Origin: Alphaproteobacteria bacterium
GTDB taxonomy: Bacteria > Pseudomonadota > Alphaproteobacteria > UBA828
Assembly: GCA_965220745.1 (NCBI GenBank)
Contig: CBDCQT010000010.1
Location: 384,001-448,000 of the forward strand
Direction: 5' to 3'
DNA length: 64,000 nucleotides
Shown here: in pieces, positions 20,473-29,576 of the stretch
Position numbering within the stretch: position 1 is the first letter of the stretch
How the letters are laid out: the number at the start of each line of letters is the position of its first letter
The notes under the pieces: model-generated
The model's input: the letters and a program-made list of their open reading frames with translations, nothing else
What the model was told of the DNA's origin: nothing
Databases searched by the model: none
Made by a program: the position numbers and the translations under genes

Positions 20473-20676
20473 CCATCTCCCCCTGTCCCCCTCCCGACTC
20501 ATTCATTTCCCTCAACGGCGGGCGCTCGCTCCGCTCGCTTGCCTACGCGCTCACGCGCGCGGCGCAGTCGCGCCGTCCGGGCCTGCGGCCCGGCAGGGCG
20601 GAGGGGGGACGTAGACGGCGCCGCCCGTTCTCCCTCTCCTCCCCGCCGGGGAGGAGAGGGCCGGGGTGAGGTGGGG
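20473..20676 (-). repeat. CCCCTCTCC-type palindrome doublet (inverted copy of 25861-25968), interrupted by element copy D
   Basis: CTCCCCCTGTCCCCCTCCC [insert] AGGGCGGAGGGGGGACGT...TCTCCCTCTCCTCCCCGCCGGGGAGGAGAGGGCCGGGGTGAGGTGGGG aligns with the reverse complement of 25861-25968. Confidence 0.8.
20496..20593 (-). repeat. ~100-bp hairpin element, copy D (inverted)
   Basis: GACTCATTCATTTCCCTCAACGGCGGGCGCTCGCTCCGCTCGCTTGCCTACGCGC...CCGGGCCTGCGGCCCGG is the reverse complement of copy B with variant loops. Confidence 0.85.
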
Positions 20677-20787
20677 CCGACGGGTGCGATTGCGTTGCCG
20701 CCGCCAATGCGGTCAAGATGCGCACGGCGGGCGTCAGCGGCGTGCCTAACGGCGGCGGACGACCGGCTCGACGAGGCGGGGTGCGGC

Positions 20788-21432
20788 ATGGCTTCGGACA
20801 TCGACATCTACAAGACCCAGAATTTTGGGAACCGGCTCGGCTTCGGCGAGAAGGCGGCGCTGCTGATCGTCGACTTCGTCAACGGCTTCACCGACCCGGC
20901 GAAGTTCGGCGGCGGCAACATTCAGGAGGCGATCGACGCGACGGTGGGCCTGCTCGCCTTCTGCCGCGAGCGCGGCGTGCCGGTCGCGCACACCCGCGTC
21001 ATCTTCGCCGACGACGCGGCGGACGCGAACATCATGTGCATGAAGGTGCCCTCGCTCACGGGGCTGACCGAGGACGCGCCGGACAGCCAGATCGTCGATG
21101 CGCTGGCGCCGGCGCCGGGCGAGATCGTGATCCGTAAGCGCGTGCCGTCGGCCTTCTTCGGCACCGACCTCGCGCCGGCCTTCGCCAAGATGCGCGTGGA
21201 CACGGTGATGGTGGCGGGCTGCACCACCTCGGGCTGCGTGCGCGCGAGCGTGCTGGATGCCATGTGCCACGGCTTCCGCCCGGTGGTGATCAGCGATTGC
21301 GTGGGCGATCGCGCGCTCGGGCCCCATGAGGCGAACCTCTTCGACATGGGCCAGAAGTACGCCGACATCATCACGAGCGCCGAAGCCATCCCCGCGCTCT
21401 CCGGCGCGGTCGCGGCCGAAGCCGCCGAGTAG
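20788..21432 (+). CDS. Isochorismatase-family cysteine hydrolase (maleamate amidohydrolase NicF / N-carbamoylsarcosine amidase-like)
   Basis: FGNRLGFGEKAALLIVDF, K..PSAFFGT, GCTTSGCVRAS, HEANLFDM..KYAD. Confidence 0.85.
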   Translation: MASDIDIYKTQNFGNRLGFGEKAALLIVDFVNGFTDPAKFGGGNIQEAIDATVGLLAFCRERGVPVAHTRVIFADDAADANIMCMKVPSLTGLTEDAPDSQIVDALAPAPGEIVIRKRVPSAFFGTDLAPAFAKMRVDTVMVAGCTTSGCVRASVLDAMCHGFRPVVISDCVGDRALGPHEANLFDMGQKYADIITSAEAIPALSGAVAAEAAE

Positions 21433-21441
21433 GGACCCGCC

Positions 21442-22470
21442 GTGAAGGCGGTCGTCATCCGCGCCCACGGCGGCGTCGAGACCCTGCTCTACGAGGAGGC
21501 CGAGACGCCCGAGCCAGGGCCGGGCGAGGTTCTGGTGCGCATCCGCGCGAGCGGGATCAACCACCTGGACCACGACGTGCGCGAAGGCATCTCCGGCATC
21601 CCGGTGACGCTGCCGCACGTGCCCGGCTGCGAAGGCGTGGGCGAAATCGCGGCCCTCGGGCCCGGCGTGGACGGCCCGGCGATAGGCACCCGCGTCGCCA
21701 TCGACTTCGCCCAGGGCGACCCGCTCTCCGAGCCCTGGCTGAGCGGGCTCGACGGCGTCGACTTCACCCACGGCCGCATCGGCGCGGGCCAGTGGGGGAC
21801 CCACGCGGAGTATTGCGTCTCCCACGCGCTCTCGGTGATCCCGCTGCCGGACGGCCTCTCCTTCGAGACCGCCGCCGCCGGCATGATCGGGCTCGGCACC
21901 GCCTGGCACATGACCGTCGCTCTCGGCCGCGTGCAGGCGGGGCAGACGGTGCTGGTCAACGCGGCCGGCAGCGTGGTCGGCTCGTCGGCGATCCAGGTCG
22001 CGCTGCTGCACGGCGCGCGGGTGATCGCCACGGCCGGTTCCGCCGCCAAGCTGGAGAAGGCGCGCGCGCTCGGCGCGGCCGAGACCATCGACTACACGCG
22101 CCAGAGCATTCGCGACGAGGCGCTCAGGCTCACCGATGGGCGCGGCGTCGATCTCGTGATCGAGAGCGTGGGCGGCGACGTGCTGCGCCAGAGCATCGAC
22201 GCGGTCTGCTTCAACGGCCGCCTCGTCACCTGCGGCGCGCATGCGGGCGAGGAAGTGCCGCTCAACGTGATCGAGTTGTTCCGCAAGCACATGACGATCC
22301 ACGGCAGCCATTTTTGCGGCCGCCGCGAGCTTGCGCGCGTTTTCGCGCTGATGGCGGAAGGCCGGCTCAAGCCGGTGATCGATACCGTCTACCCGCTCGC
22401 CGAGATCCAGACGGCAGCGCTGCGCACGGCCGAACGCGATGTCTTCGGCAAGATGGTGCTGGTGCCGTGA
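21442..22470 (+). CDS. MDR-family oxidoreductase (quinone-reductase-like)
   Basis: GroES-like plus Rossmann fold (NAAGSVVGSSA); lacks the canonical Zn ligands (GCE instead of GHE, no 4-Cys lobe). Confidence 0.85.
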   Translation: MKAVVIRAHGGVETLLYEEAETPEPGPGEVLVRIRASGINHLDHDVREGISGIPVTLPHVPGCEGVGEIAALGPGVDGPAIGTRVAIDFAQGDPLSEPWLSGLDGVDFTHGRIGAGQWGTHAEYCVSHALSVIPLPDGLSFETAAAGMIGLGTAWHMTVALGRVQAGQTVLVNAAGSVVGSSAIQVALLHGARVIATAGSAAKLEKARALGAAETIDYTRQSIRDEALRLTDGRGVDLVIESVGGDVLRQSIDAVCFNGRLVTCGAHAGEEVPLNVIELFRKHMTIHGSHFCGRRELARVFALMAEGRLKPVIDTVYPLAEIQTAALRTAERDVFGKMVLVP

Positions 22471-22473
22471 AGT

Positions 22474-23886
22474 TTACTTCGCCTTCCCCGCCTGGCCGCG
22501 TTTGAGGAACTGCCCGCCGCCCTCGCGGCCGAGCCATTCCCGGCCGTCGACGATCAGCTCGCCGCGCAGGAACACCTTGCTCACCCGGCCGGTGACCTCG
22601 CGGCCCTCGAAGAGGGAGTACTCGACCCGGCTGTGATGCTCGGCGGCGCGGATAGTCCATTGCTCGTTCGGGTCGAACAGCACGATGTCGGCGTCGGAGC
22701 CCACCGCGATCGTGCCCTTGCGCGGGAAGAGTCCGAAGAGCTTCGCCGGCGCGGTCGCGGTCAGCTCCACATAGCGGTTGAGCGACATCTCGTTGCGCCG
22801 CACGCCACCGTCGTAGACCAGCGGCATGCGGGTCTCGAGGCCGGGCGCGCCGTTGGGGATCTTGCTGAAGTCGTCGCGGCCGAGCTCCTTGGAGAGCCGC
22901 AGCCCCAGCACGTTCTCGCTGAAGCAGAACGGGCAGTGGTCGGTGGCGATGACTTGCAGGTCGTCGGTCTTGAGCCCGCGCCAGAGCGCGTGCTGATGCG
23001 CGGCGCCCCGGAGCGGCGGCGTCATCACGAACTTGGCGGCCTCGAAGCCCGGCCGCTCGTATTCCTCGTCGGTGAGGAAGAGATAGTGCGGGCAGGTTTC
23101 GGCATGGACCGGGAGCCCGCGATCGCGCGCCTCCGTCACCGCGTCCAGCGCCTCGCCCGCCGAGAGGTGCACGATATAGACCGGCGCCTCGGCAAGCTCG
23201 GCGATGCGGATGACCCGGTGGGTGGCCTCGCCCTCCATCAGCGTCGGGCGGGTCAGCATGTGCCACTTGGGGCTGGTGTTGCCGGCGTCGAGCGCCTCCT
23301 GCACCAGCACGTCGATGACGTGGCCGTTCTCGGCGTGAATCTGCACCATGCCGCCGTGAGCGCCGACCTGGCGCATGGTCTTGAAGATCTGGCCGTCGTC
23401 GATCATCAGCACGTCGGGATAGGCGGTGAAGAGCTTGAAGGTGCTGACGCCTTCGTCGTGGATCAGGCTCTTCATGTCGACCAGCGTCTGGTCGTTCACC
23501 TCGGTGATGATCATGTGCGCGCCCATATCGACGGCAGCGACCGAGGCGCGCTCGTGCCAGTCGGCAAGGCCGGCCAGCGGGCTGGTCCCCTTCACCTGGG
23601 CGGCGAAGTCCACGACCGTGGTGGTGCCGCCGAAGGCCGCCGCCTGGGAGCCGGTGTAGAAGGTGTCCGCCGTCCGCGCCGGCCCGAAATCCCAGTCGAG
23701 GTGCGTGTGCACGTCGACGCCGCCGGGCAGCACGAGCAGCCCTGCCGCATCGTGCTCCGGAATCCCGTCGCCGACGGGCAAGTCCGTGCCGATCATGCGG
23801 ACCCGACCGTCCTCCATCAGGATGTCGGCCGTGTAGTCGTCCACCGCGGTCACGATCCGCCCGTTCCGAATCACGGTCGCTGTCAT
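22474..23886 (-). CDS. hydA: Dihydropyrimidinase / D-hydantoinase
   Basis: PGGVDVHTH, AAFGGTTT, FKLF, IHAENG, VHLS, ETCPHYL, TDHCPF, IPNGAPG, GSDADIV. Confidence 0.92.
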   Translation of the reverse strand: MTATVIRNGRIVTAVDDYTADILMEDGRVRMIGTDLPVGDGIPEHDAAGLLVLPGGVDVHTHLDWDFGPARTADTFYTGSQAAAFGGTTTVVDFAAQVKGTSPLAGLADWHERASVAAVDMGAHMIITEVNDQTLVDMKSLIHDEGVSTFKLFTAYPDVLMIDDGQIFKTMRQVGAHGGMVQIHAENGHVIDVLVQEALDAGNTSPKWHMLTRPTLMEGEATHRVIRIAELAEAPVYIVHLSAGEALDAVTEARDRGLPVHAETCPHYLFLTDEEYERPGFEAAKFVMTPPLRGAAHQHALWRGLKTDDLQVIATDHCPFCFSENVLGLRLSKELGRDDFSKIPNGAPGLETRMPLVYDGGVRRNEMSLNRYVELTATAPAKLFGLFPRKGTIAVGSDADIVLFDPNEQWTIRAAEHHSRVEYSLFEGREVTGRVSKVFLRGELIVDGREWLGREGGGQFLKRGQAGKAK

Positions 23887-24034
23887 CGTCGCCTCCCTGG
23901 AGGGTCGAGAGCCCTCATCCCTTGCGCTTATCATGCCGCGCCGGCCGGCACCCGTCCACGGCTTGCCGGGGCTGCCCCTGCGATCGCACCGGCACCGATA
24001 TAGCGATTTGGCTGGAGGCCCGGTGGGGCATCAA

Positions 24035-24050
24035 TTAACATCGACTTAAC
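24035..24050. promoter_or_regulatory. CtrA-type binding box (TTAA-N7-TTAAC)
   Basis: TTAA-CATCGAC-TTAAC in the divergent hydA / ABC-SBP intergenic region. Confidence 0.5.
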
Positions 24051-24191
24051 TCGGTGCACCCTGAGGGGCTGGTCAGGGTCTTGGGCGCCACACTCCTGCC
24101 CTGGGAAGCAACCCTGGCCGGGCCATCGGGATGGCCGAATAGCCGGGGGACAGCGCGCGTCGGCATCGACGCGGAACAGGGGAAACCAGCC

Positions 24192-25778
24192 ATGACGATC
24201 GAGCAACAACTGAAGAATATGGCCATGAAGAGCGGCATGACCCGCCGCGGCTTCATGCAGCGGGCACTGGCGCTCGGCGCCACGACGGCCCTCGCCACGA
24301 CCCTCGCCGACCGGGCCTTTGCCGCCGCAGAGCCGAAGAAGGGGGGCCGCTTCCGCTGCGGGCTTGGACACGGGGCGACCTCGGATTCACTGGATCCGGC
24401 GACCTTCCTCGACCTCTACATGCAGACCGTGAACGCCAGCGCGCGGAACAACCTGACCGAGGTGGCCCAGGACGGCAGCCTGATCCCCGAGCTGGCCGAG
24501 AGTTACGACTCCGCCGACGCCACGACGTGGAAGTTCAACCTGCGCCAGGGAGTCGAGTTCCACAACGGCAAGACGATGGACGCGAACGACGTCATGGCGT
24601 CCATCAGCCACCATCGCGGCGAGGAATCGAAGTCGTCCGCCAAGGAGCTGCTCAAGTCCGTCGTCGAGATGAAGTCGGACGGCGCGAACGCGGTGGTCTT
24701 CACGCTCAGCGAGGGCAACGCCGACTTCCCGTTCATCCTGAGCGACTACCACATTCCGATCATGCCGGCGTCCGACAACGGGGTGGATTGGCAATCCGGC
24801 ATCGGCACGGGCGCTTATGTGCTTGAGAGCTTCGAGCCCGGTGTGCGCACGACGCTGAAGCGCAACCCCAACTTCTTCAAGGAAGGGTTCGGACATTTCG
24901 ACGAAGTGGAGATCATCACCATCGCGGACGTGGCAGCGCGCACCAATGCGCTCACCACCGGCGAGATCGACGCCATGGACCGGGTCGATCTCAAGACCGC
25001 GCACCTGCTGGAACGCCAGGAGGGAGTGAGGCTGGTCGAGACCAGCGGCACGCAGCACTTTACCTTCACCATGCGCTGCGACACGCCGCCGTTCGACAAC
25101 GTCGATGTCCGGCTCGCGCTGAAACACGCGATCGACCGCGAAGCCATCGTCAGGACGATCCTGCGCGGTCACGGCACGCTCGGCAACGACCACCCGATCA
25201 GCCGCTCCAATCGCTATCACGCGGACAACCTGGAGCAGCGGGCATACGATCCGGACAAGGCCAGGCACCACCTCAAGCAGGCGGGCATGGAGGGCCTTTC
25301 GATCGACCTCAGCGCTGCGGACGCTGCGTTTGCGGGCGCGGTCGACGCGGCAGTGCTCTACAAGGAGCATGCGGCCGCGGCCGGCATCAACATCAACGTG
25401 GTGCGCGAACCGGATGACGGATACTGGTCCAACGTCTGGATGGTGAAGCCCTACTGCGCCGTCTACTGGGGCGGTCGCCCGACCGAAGACTGGATGTTCT
25501 CGGTCGCCTATGCGGCGGATGCGGCGTGGAACGACAGCTTCTGGAAGCACGACAAGTTCAACCAGTTGCTGATCGCAGCCCGGTCCGAGCTGGACGAGGC
25601 GAAGCGGCGGAGCATGTACGAGGAGATGCAGACGATCGTGAGCAACGACGGCGGCGTCCTTATCCCCATGTTCGCCAACTACGTCATGGGGCTCTCCGAC
25701 AAGATCGGGCACGGCCAGATGGCGGCGAACTGGTCGATGGACGGCTTCAAGTGCGCTGAGCGCTGGTGGTTCGCCTAG
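24192..25778 (+). CDS. ABC peptide/nickel-family (SBP_bac_5) substrate-binding protein with Tat signal
   Basis: MTRRGFM Tat motif; PELAESY, FNLRQGVEFHNG, GTGAY, VRLALKHAIDR. Confidence 0.92.
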   Translation: MTIEQQLKNMAMKSGMTRRGFMQRALALGATTALATTLADRAFAAAEPKKGGRFRCGLGHGATSDSLDPATFLDLYMQTVNASARNNLTEVAQDGSLIPELAESYDSADATTWKFNLRQGVEFHNGKTMDANDVMASISHHRGEESKSSAKELLKSVVEMKSDGANAVVFTLSEGNADFPFILSDYHIPIMPASDNGVDWQSGIGTGAYVLESFEPGVRTTLKRNPNFFKEGFGHFDEVEIITIADVAARTNALTTGEIDAMDRVDLKTAHLLERQEGVRLVETSGTQHFTFTMRCDTPPFDNVDVRLALKHAIDREAIVRTILRGHGTLGNDHPISRSNRYHADNLEQRAYDPDKARHHLKQAGMEGLSIDLSAADAAFAGAVDAAVLYKEHAAAAGININVVREPDDGYWSNVWMVKPYCAVYWGGRPTEDWMFSVAYAADAAWNDSFWKHDKFNQLLIAARSELDEAKRRSMYEEMQTIVSNDGGVLIPMFANYVMGLSDKIGHGQMAANWSMDGFKCAERWWFA

Positions 25779-25860
25779 GTTAGTGGGCTATCCGACCGGA
25801 CGGGATCGCATCCGGCTGGTGAACGGTGCCCCATTTCGCATGCGGTGCGGCGCGGAGCAC

Positions 25861-25968
25861 CCCCACCTCACCCCGGCCCTCTCCGCCCCCAGGGGCGGAG
25901 AGGGAGAGCGGGCCGGCGCGGCCACGTTCCCCCTCCGCCTTTGGGGGAGGGGGACAGGGGGAGGTGGG
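25861..25968 (+). repeat. CCCCTCTCC-type palindrome doublet (REP/REPIN-like)
   Basis: CCCTCTCCGCCCC-CA-GGGGCGGAGAGGG and CCCCTCCGCC-TTT-GGGGGAGGGG hairpins inside outer CCCACCTC...GAGGTGGG inverted ends; located after the SBP gene. Confidence 0.8.
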
Positions 25969-26033
25969 CGCCACTCGAGTCAGGGTGATCCGGTGTGGTC
26001 GGATAATGCACTAGCCGGCCGCCCTATGGCGGC

Positions 26034-26990
26034 ATGATCCAAATCCTCATCATGGTGGCCCAGCGCTTCGCGCTGGGCCTCCTCACCCTGTTCGCCGTCT
26101 CGCTGATCATCTTTCTCGGCGTCGAGCTGCTGCCGGGAGACATCACCCAGGCGCTCCTGGGCCAGGGTGCGACCGAGGAGACGGTCGCTGCGTTTCGCAG
26201 AGAGCTCGGGCTGAACCTGCCGCCGCACGAGCGCTACATCGCCTGGCTCGGCGGCATACTGCAGGGCGACCTCGGTCAGTCCCTCGCCAACAAGCGCGAG
26301 ATCGCCGAGCTCATCGGCGTGCGGCTGGAGAACACGCTGTTTCTCGCCTTCATCAGCGCGATCATCTCCATTCCCCTCGCGCTCGGCCTGGGGATTCTGG
26401 CTGCGCTCTACCGCAACACGCTTTACGACCGCACGGTCAACGTCTTCACGCTGTCCTCGATCTCGTTCCCGGAGTTTTTCGTCGCCTACATCCTGATCCT
26501 GGTGATGGCGGTCCACCTCGGGTGGTTCCCGAGCATCTCCAACATCGGGCAGGAGCTGGGGCTTTGGGAGCGGGTCTACCGCACCGTGCTGCCGGCGCTG
26601 ACGCTGACGCTGGTGGTGGTCGCGCACATGATGCGGATGACGCGGGCTGCGATCATCAACCTGCTGGCCAGCCCCTACATCGAGATGGCGACCCTCAAGG
26701 GCCTCTCGCGCGGGCGCATCATCGTCAAGCACGCGCTCCCCAATGCGCTCGCGCCGATCATCAACGTCGTCGTGATCAATCTCGCCTACCTGGTGGTGGG
26801 CGTGGTCATCGTCGAAGTTGTCTTCGTTTATCCGGGGCTGGGGCAGCTCCTCATCGACGCCGTGCGTTCGCGCGACCTTCCGGTGGTGCAGGCCACGGGG
26901 CTGATCTTCGCCGCCGCCTACATCCTGCTCAACCTGACCGCGGACGTGCTGTCGATCATGACGAACCCGCGGCTGCTGCATCCGCGCTAG
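26034..26990 (+). CDS. ABC permease, DppB/OppB-like
   Basis: ELLPGD, GDLGQSL, ATLKGLS..RIIVKHALPNA, RDLPVVQ. Confidence 0.92.
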   Translation: MIQILIMVAQRFALGLLTLFAVSLIIFLGVELLPGDITQALLGQGATEETVAAFRRELGLNLPPHERYIAWLGGILQGDLGQSLANKREIAELIGVRLENTLFLAFISAIISIPLALGLGILAALYRNTLYDRTVNVFTLSSISFPEFFVAYILILVMAVHLGWFPSISNIGQELGLWERVYRTVLPALTLTLVVVAHMMRMTRAAIINLLASPYIEMATLKGLSRGRIIVKHALPNALAPIINVVVINLAYLVVGVVIVEVVFVYPGLGQLLIDAVRSRDLPVVQATGLIFAAAYILLNLTADVLSIMTNPRLLHPR

Positions 26991-27012
26991 GAAGGGCGGC
27001 GAGGCGGCAACG

Positions 27013-27843
27013 ATGCGGCAGACCCTCAAACACCTGCGAAAGTCGCCGTGGAGCGCGCGGTTTGGGATTCTCGTCGTCGGCTTCTACGTGTTCATCGCGA
27101 TCTTCGGGCCCCTGCTGACCCCTTACGGCGAGTCCGAGATCGTCGGTTTCGAATACGAGCCCTGGGGCGCGGAGTTCCTGCTGGGCACCGACAACCTGGG
27201 GCGGGACATGCTGACCCGCCTCATCTACGGCGCCCGCAACACCATCGGCATCGCCTTCCTGACGACCCTGCTGGCCTTCCTCATCGGCTGCGTGGCGGGC
27301 TTCCTGGCCGCCGTGGTGGGCGGCTGGACCGAGCAGGGGATCAGCCGCCTGAACGACATCCTGATGGCGATCCCGCAGCTCATCTTCGCGCTGTTGATCC
27401 TCACCATCGCCGGCACGTCGATTCCGGTCCTGGTCGTCGTCATCGCCGTGCTCGATTCCACCCGCGTCTACCGGCTGGCACGGGCGGTCGCCATGAATAT
27501 CGTGGTGATGGACTACGTGGAGGTCGCGCGGCTGCGGGGCGAGGGGCTGTGGTGGATCATGCGGAGCGAGGTGCTGCCCAATGCGCTGCCGCCGCTGGTC
27601 GCAGAGTTCGGGTTGCGCTTCTGCTTCGTCTTCCTGCTGCTGAGCGCGCTCAGCTTCCTCGGCCTCGGCATCCAGCCGCCCACGGCCGACTGGGGCAGCA
27701 TGGTGCGCGACAACGCCACGTTGATCACCTTCGGCGACTTCACGCCGATCCTGCCGGCGGCCTCCATTGCGCTGCTCACCATCGGCGTGAACTTCATCGT
27801 CGATTGGCTCCTCCACAAATCGTCGGGGCTCAAGGATGCCTGA
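27013..27843 (+). CDS. ABC permease, DppC/OppC-like
   Basis: LLGTDNLGRDMLTRLIYGAR, YVEVARLRG, LSFLGLGIQPP.ADWG. Confidence 0.92.
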   Translation: MRQTLKHLRKSPWSARFGILVVGFYVFIAIFGPLLTPYGESEIVGFEYEPWGAEFLLGTDNLGRDMLTRLIYGARNTIGIAFLTTLLAFLIGCVAGFLAAVVGGWTEQGISRLNDILMAIPQLIFALLILTIAGTSIPVLVVVIAVLDSTRVYRLARAVAMNIVVMDYVEVARLRGEGLWWIMRSEVLPNALPPLVAEFGLRFCFVFLLLSALSFLGLGIQPPTADWGSMVRDNATLITFGDFTPILPAASIALLTIGVNFIVDWLLHKSSGLKDA

Positions 27844-29527
27844 CGCGGATACCACCGGAGGCGCGCGCGAACCGCTGCTCACGATGACGGGGCTCCGCAT
27901 CGAAGGGCAGGCCGACGACGAGTGGCACGAGATCGTGCACGGCGTCGACGTGGTGTTGCATCGCGGCGAGGTGCTGGGGCTGATCGGCGAATCGGGCGCG
28001 GGCAAGTCCACCATCGGGCTCGCGGCCATGGGATTTGCCCGGCCGGGCTGCCGGCTCACCGGCGGCGATATCGTGTTCGACGGGGTGGAGCTGCGCGGCG
28101 CTTCGCGGGGTCACACGCGGGCCCTGCGGGGCGCGCGCATCGCCTACGTCGCCCAGAGCGCGGCGGCCGCGTTCAACCCGGCGCATAGGCTCATCGACCA
28201 GTTCACCGAGGCGCCGGTGCGCCACAGGGTCAAGTCCCGAGGCGCGGCGGAAGCGGACGCCAAGGACCTCTACGGCCGGCTGCGGCTCCCCGAACCCGAG
28301 AAGATCGGCTACCGCTATCCGCACCAGGTCTCGGGCGGGCAGCTTCAGCGTGCCATGGTCGCCATGGCCATGGCGTGCCGGCCCGACCTCATCGTCTTCG
28401 ACGAGCCGACGACGGCGCTCGACGTGACCACCCAGATCGAGGTGCTGGCGGCGATCAAGGACGTCGTCAGGCAGTTCGATACGGCCGCCATCTATATCAG
28501 CCACGATCTCGCCGTCGTCGCCCAGATGGCGGACCGCATCATGGTGCTGCGCCACGGCAACCTGGTGGAAGAGGGGACCGCCGACAGCATCGTCAATCGC
28601 CCGGAGCAGGAGTACACGCAGCGGCTGCTCGCGGTGCGCACCTTCCGCAAGCCGGTCGCAGAGCCGGTACAGGAGGAGCCGCTCTTGCGCATCGAAGGGG
28701 TCGCCGTGCGCTATCGCCGGTCCGCGCGAGTCCTGGAGGGTGTCGATCTCGACATCGGCCGGCAGCGCACGGTCGCGATCGTGGGCGAATCGGGTAGCGG
28801 CAAGAGCACGCTCGCGCGCGTCGTCACCGGGCTGCTTCCGCCGGAGGAAGGACGATTGGTGTTCGACGGCGACGTGCTGGCGCCGGCGCTGGCGCGCCGG
28901 CCGCGCGAGCAGCTCCGCCGCCTGCAGATGATCCACCAGATGCCGGACACGGCGTTGAACCCGCGCCAGCGCGTGCGCGAGGTTATCGGCCGCCCGCTCA
29001 CGTTCTATTCCGGGCTGCACGGGCGGAAGCGCGAAGACCGGGTGCGCGAGCTCCTGGACATGGTCGAGCTCGAGCCCGACGAGTTCTTCGACCGCTTTCC
29101 GGCGGAACTTTCGGGCGGCCAGAAGCAGCGGGTGTGTATCGCCCGCGCGCTCGGCGCCGGGCCGGACCTGATCATCTGCGACGAAGTGACTTCGGCGCTC
29201 GACCAGCTGGTGGCCGAGCGGGTGCTGCAGCTCTTGCAGCGGCTTCAGGACGAACTCGGCGTCTCGTACATGTTCATCACGCACGACTTCGCGACCGTGC
29301 GGGCGATATCCGACGAGATCGTGGTCATGTTCCAGGGACGCATCGTCGAGCAGGGCGCGCGGAACGACGTGTTGACACCGCCTCACCACGAGTACACGGA
29401 CCTGCTGCTCTCGTCGGTGCCGGAAATGAAGATCGGCTGGCTGGATCAGACGCTGGCCGGGCGCAGGGAACGCCAAGCGGGTGGCGACGAGGGCCTGAAG
29501 GAAGGCGCGCCGGCCTCCCAAAACTGA
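27836..29527 (+). CDS. ABC ATP-binding protein, fused DppD/DppF
   Basis: Two Walker A motifs (GESGAGKS, GESGSGKS) and two signature motifs (SGGQ). Confidence 0.93.
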   Translation: MPDADTTGGAREPLLTMTGLRIEGQADDEWHEIVHGVDVVLHRGEVLGLIGESGAGKSTIGLAAMGFARPGCRLTGGDIVFDGVELRGASRGHTRALRGARIAYVAQSAAAAFNPAHRLIDQFTEAPVRHRVKSRGAAEADAKDLYGRLRLPEPEKIGYRYPHQVSGGQLQRAMVAMAMACRPDLIVFDEPTTALDVTTQIEVLAAIKDVVRQFDTAAIYISHDLAVVAQMADRIMVLRHGNLVEEGTADSIVNRPEQEYTQRLLAVRTFRKPVAEPVQEEPLLRIEGVAVRYRRSARVLEGVDLDIGRQRTVAIVGESGSGKSTLARVVTGLLPPEEGRLVFDGDVLAPALARRPREQLRRLQMIHQMPDTALNPRQRVREVIGRPLTFYSGLHGRKREDRVRELLDMVELEPDEFFDRFPAELSGGQKQRVCIARALGAGPDLIICDEVTSALDQLVAERVLQLLQRLQDELGVSYMFITHDFATVRAISDEIVVMFQGRIVEQGARNDVLTPPHHEYTDLLLSSVPEMKIGWLDQTLAGRRERQAGGDEGLKEGAPASQN

Positions 29528-29576
29528 TATGAGTCAATCGGCCTGACGGGCCGCGTTCGTGGAAGGGGGCCACGCC

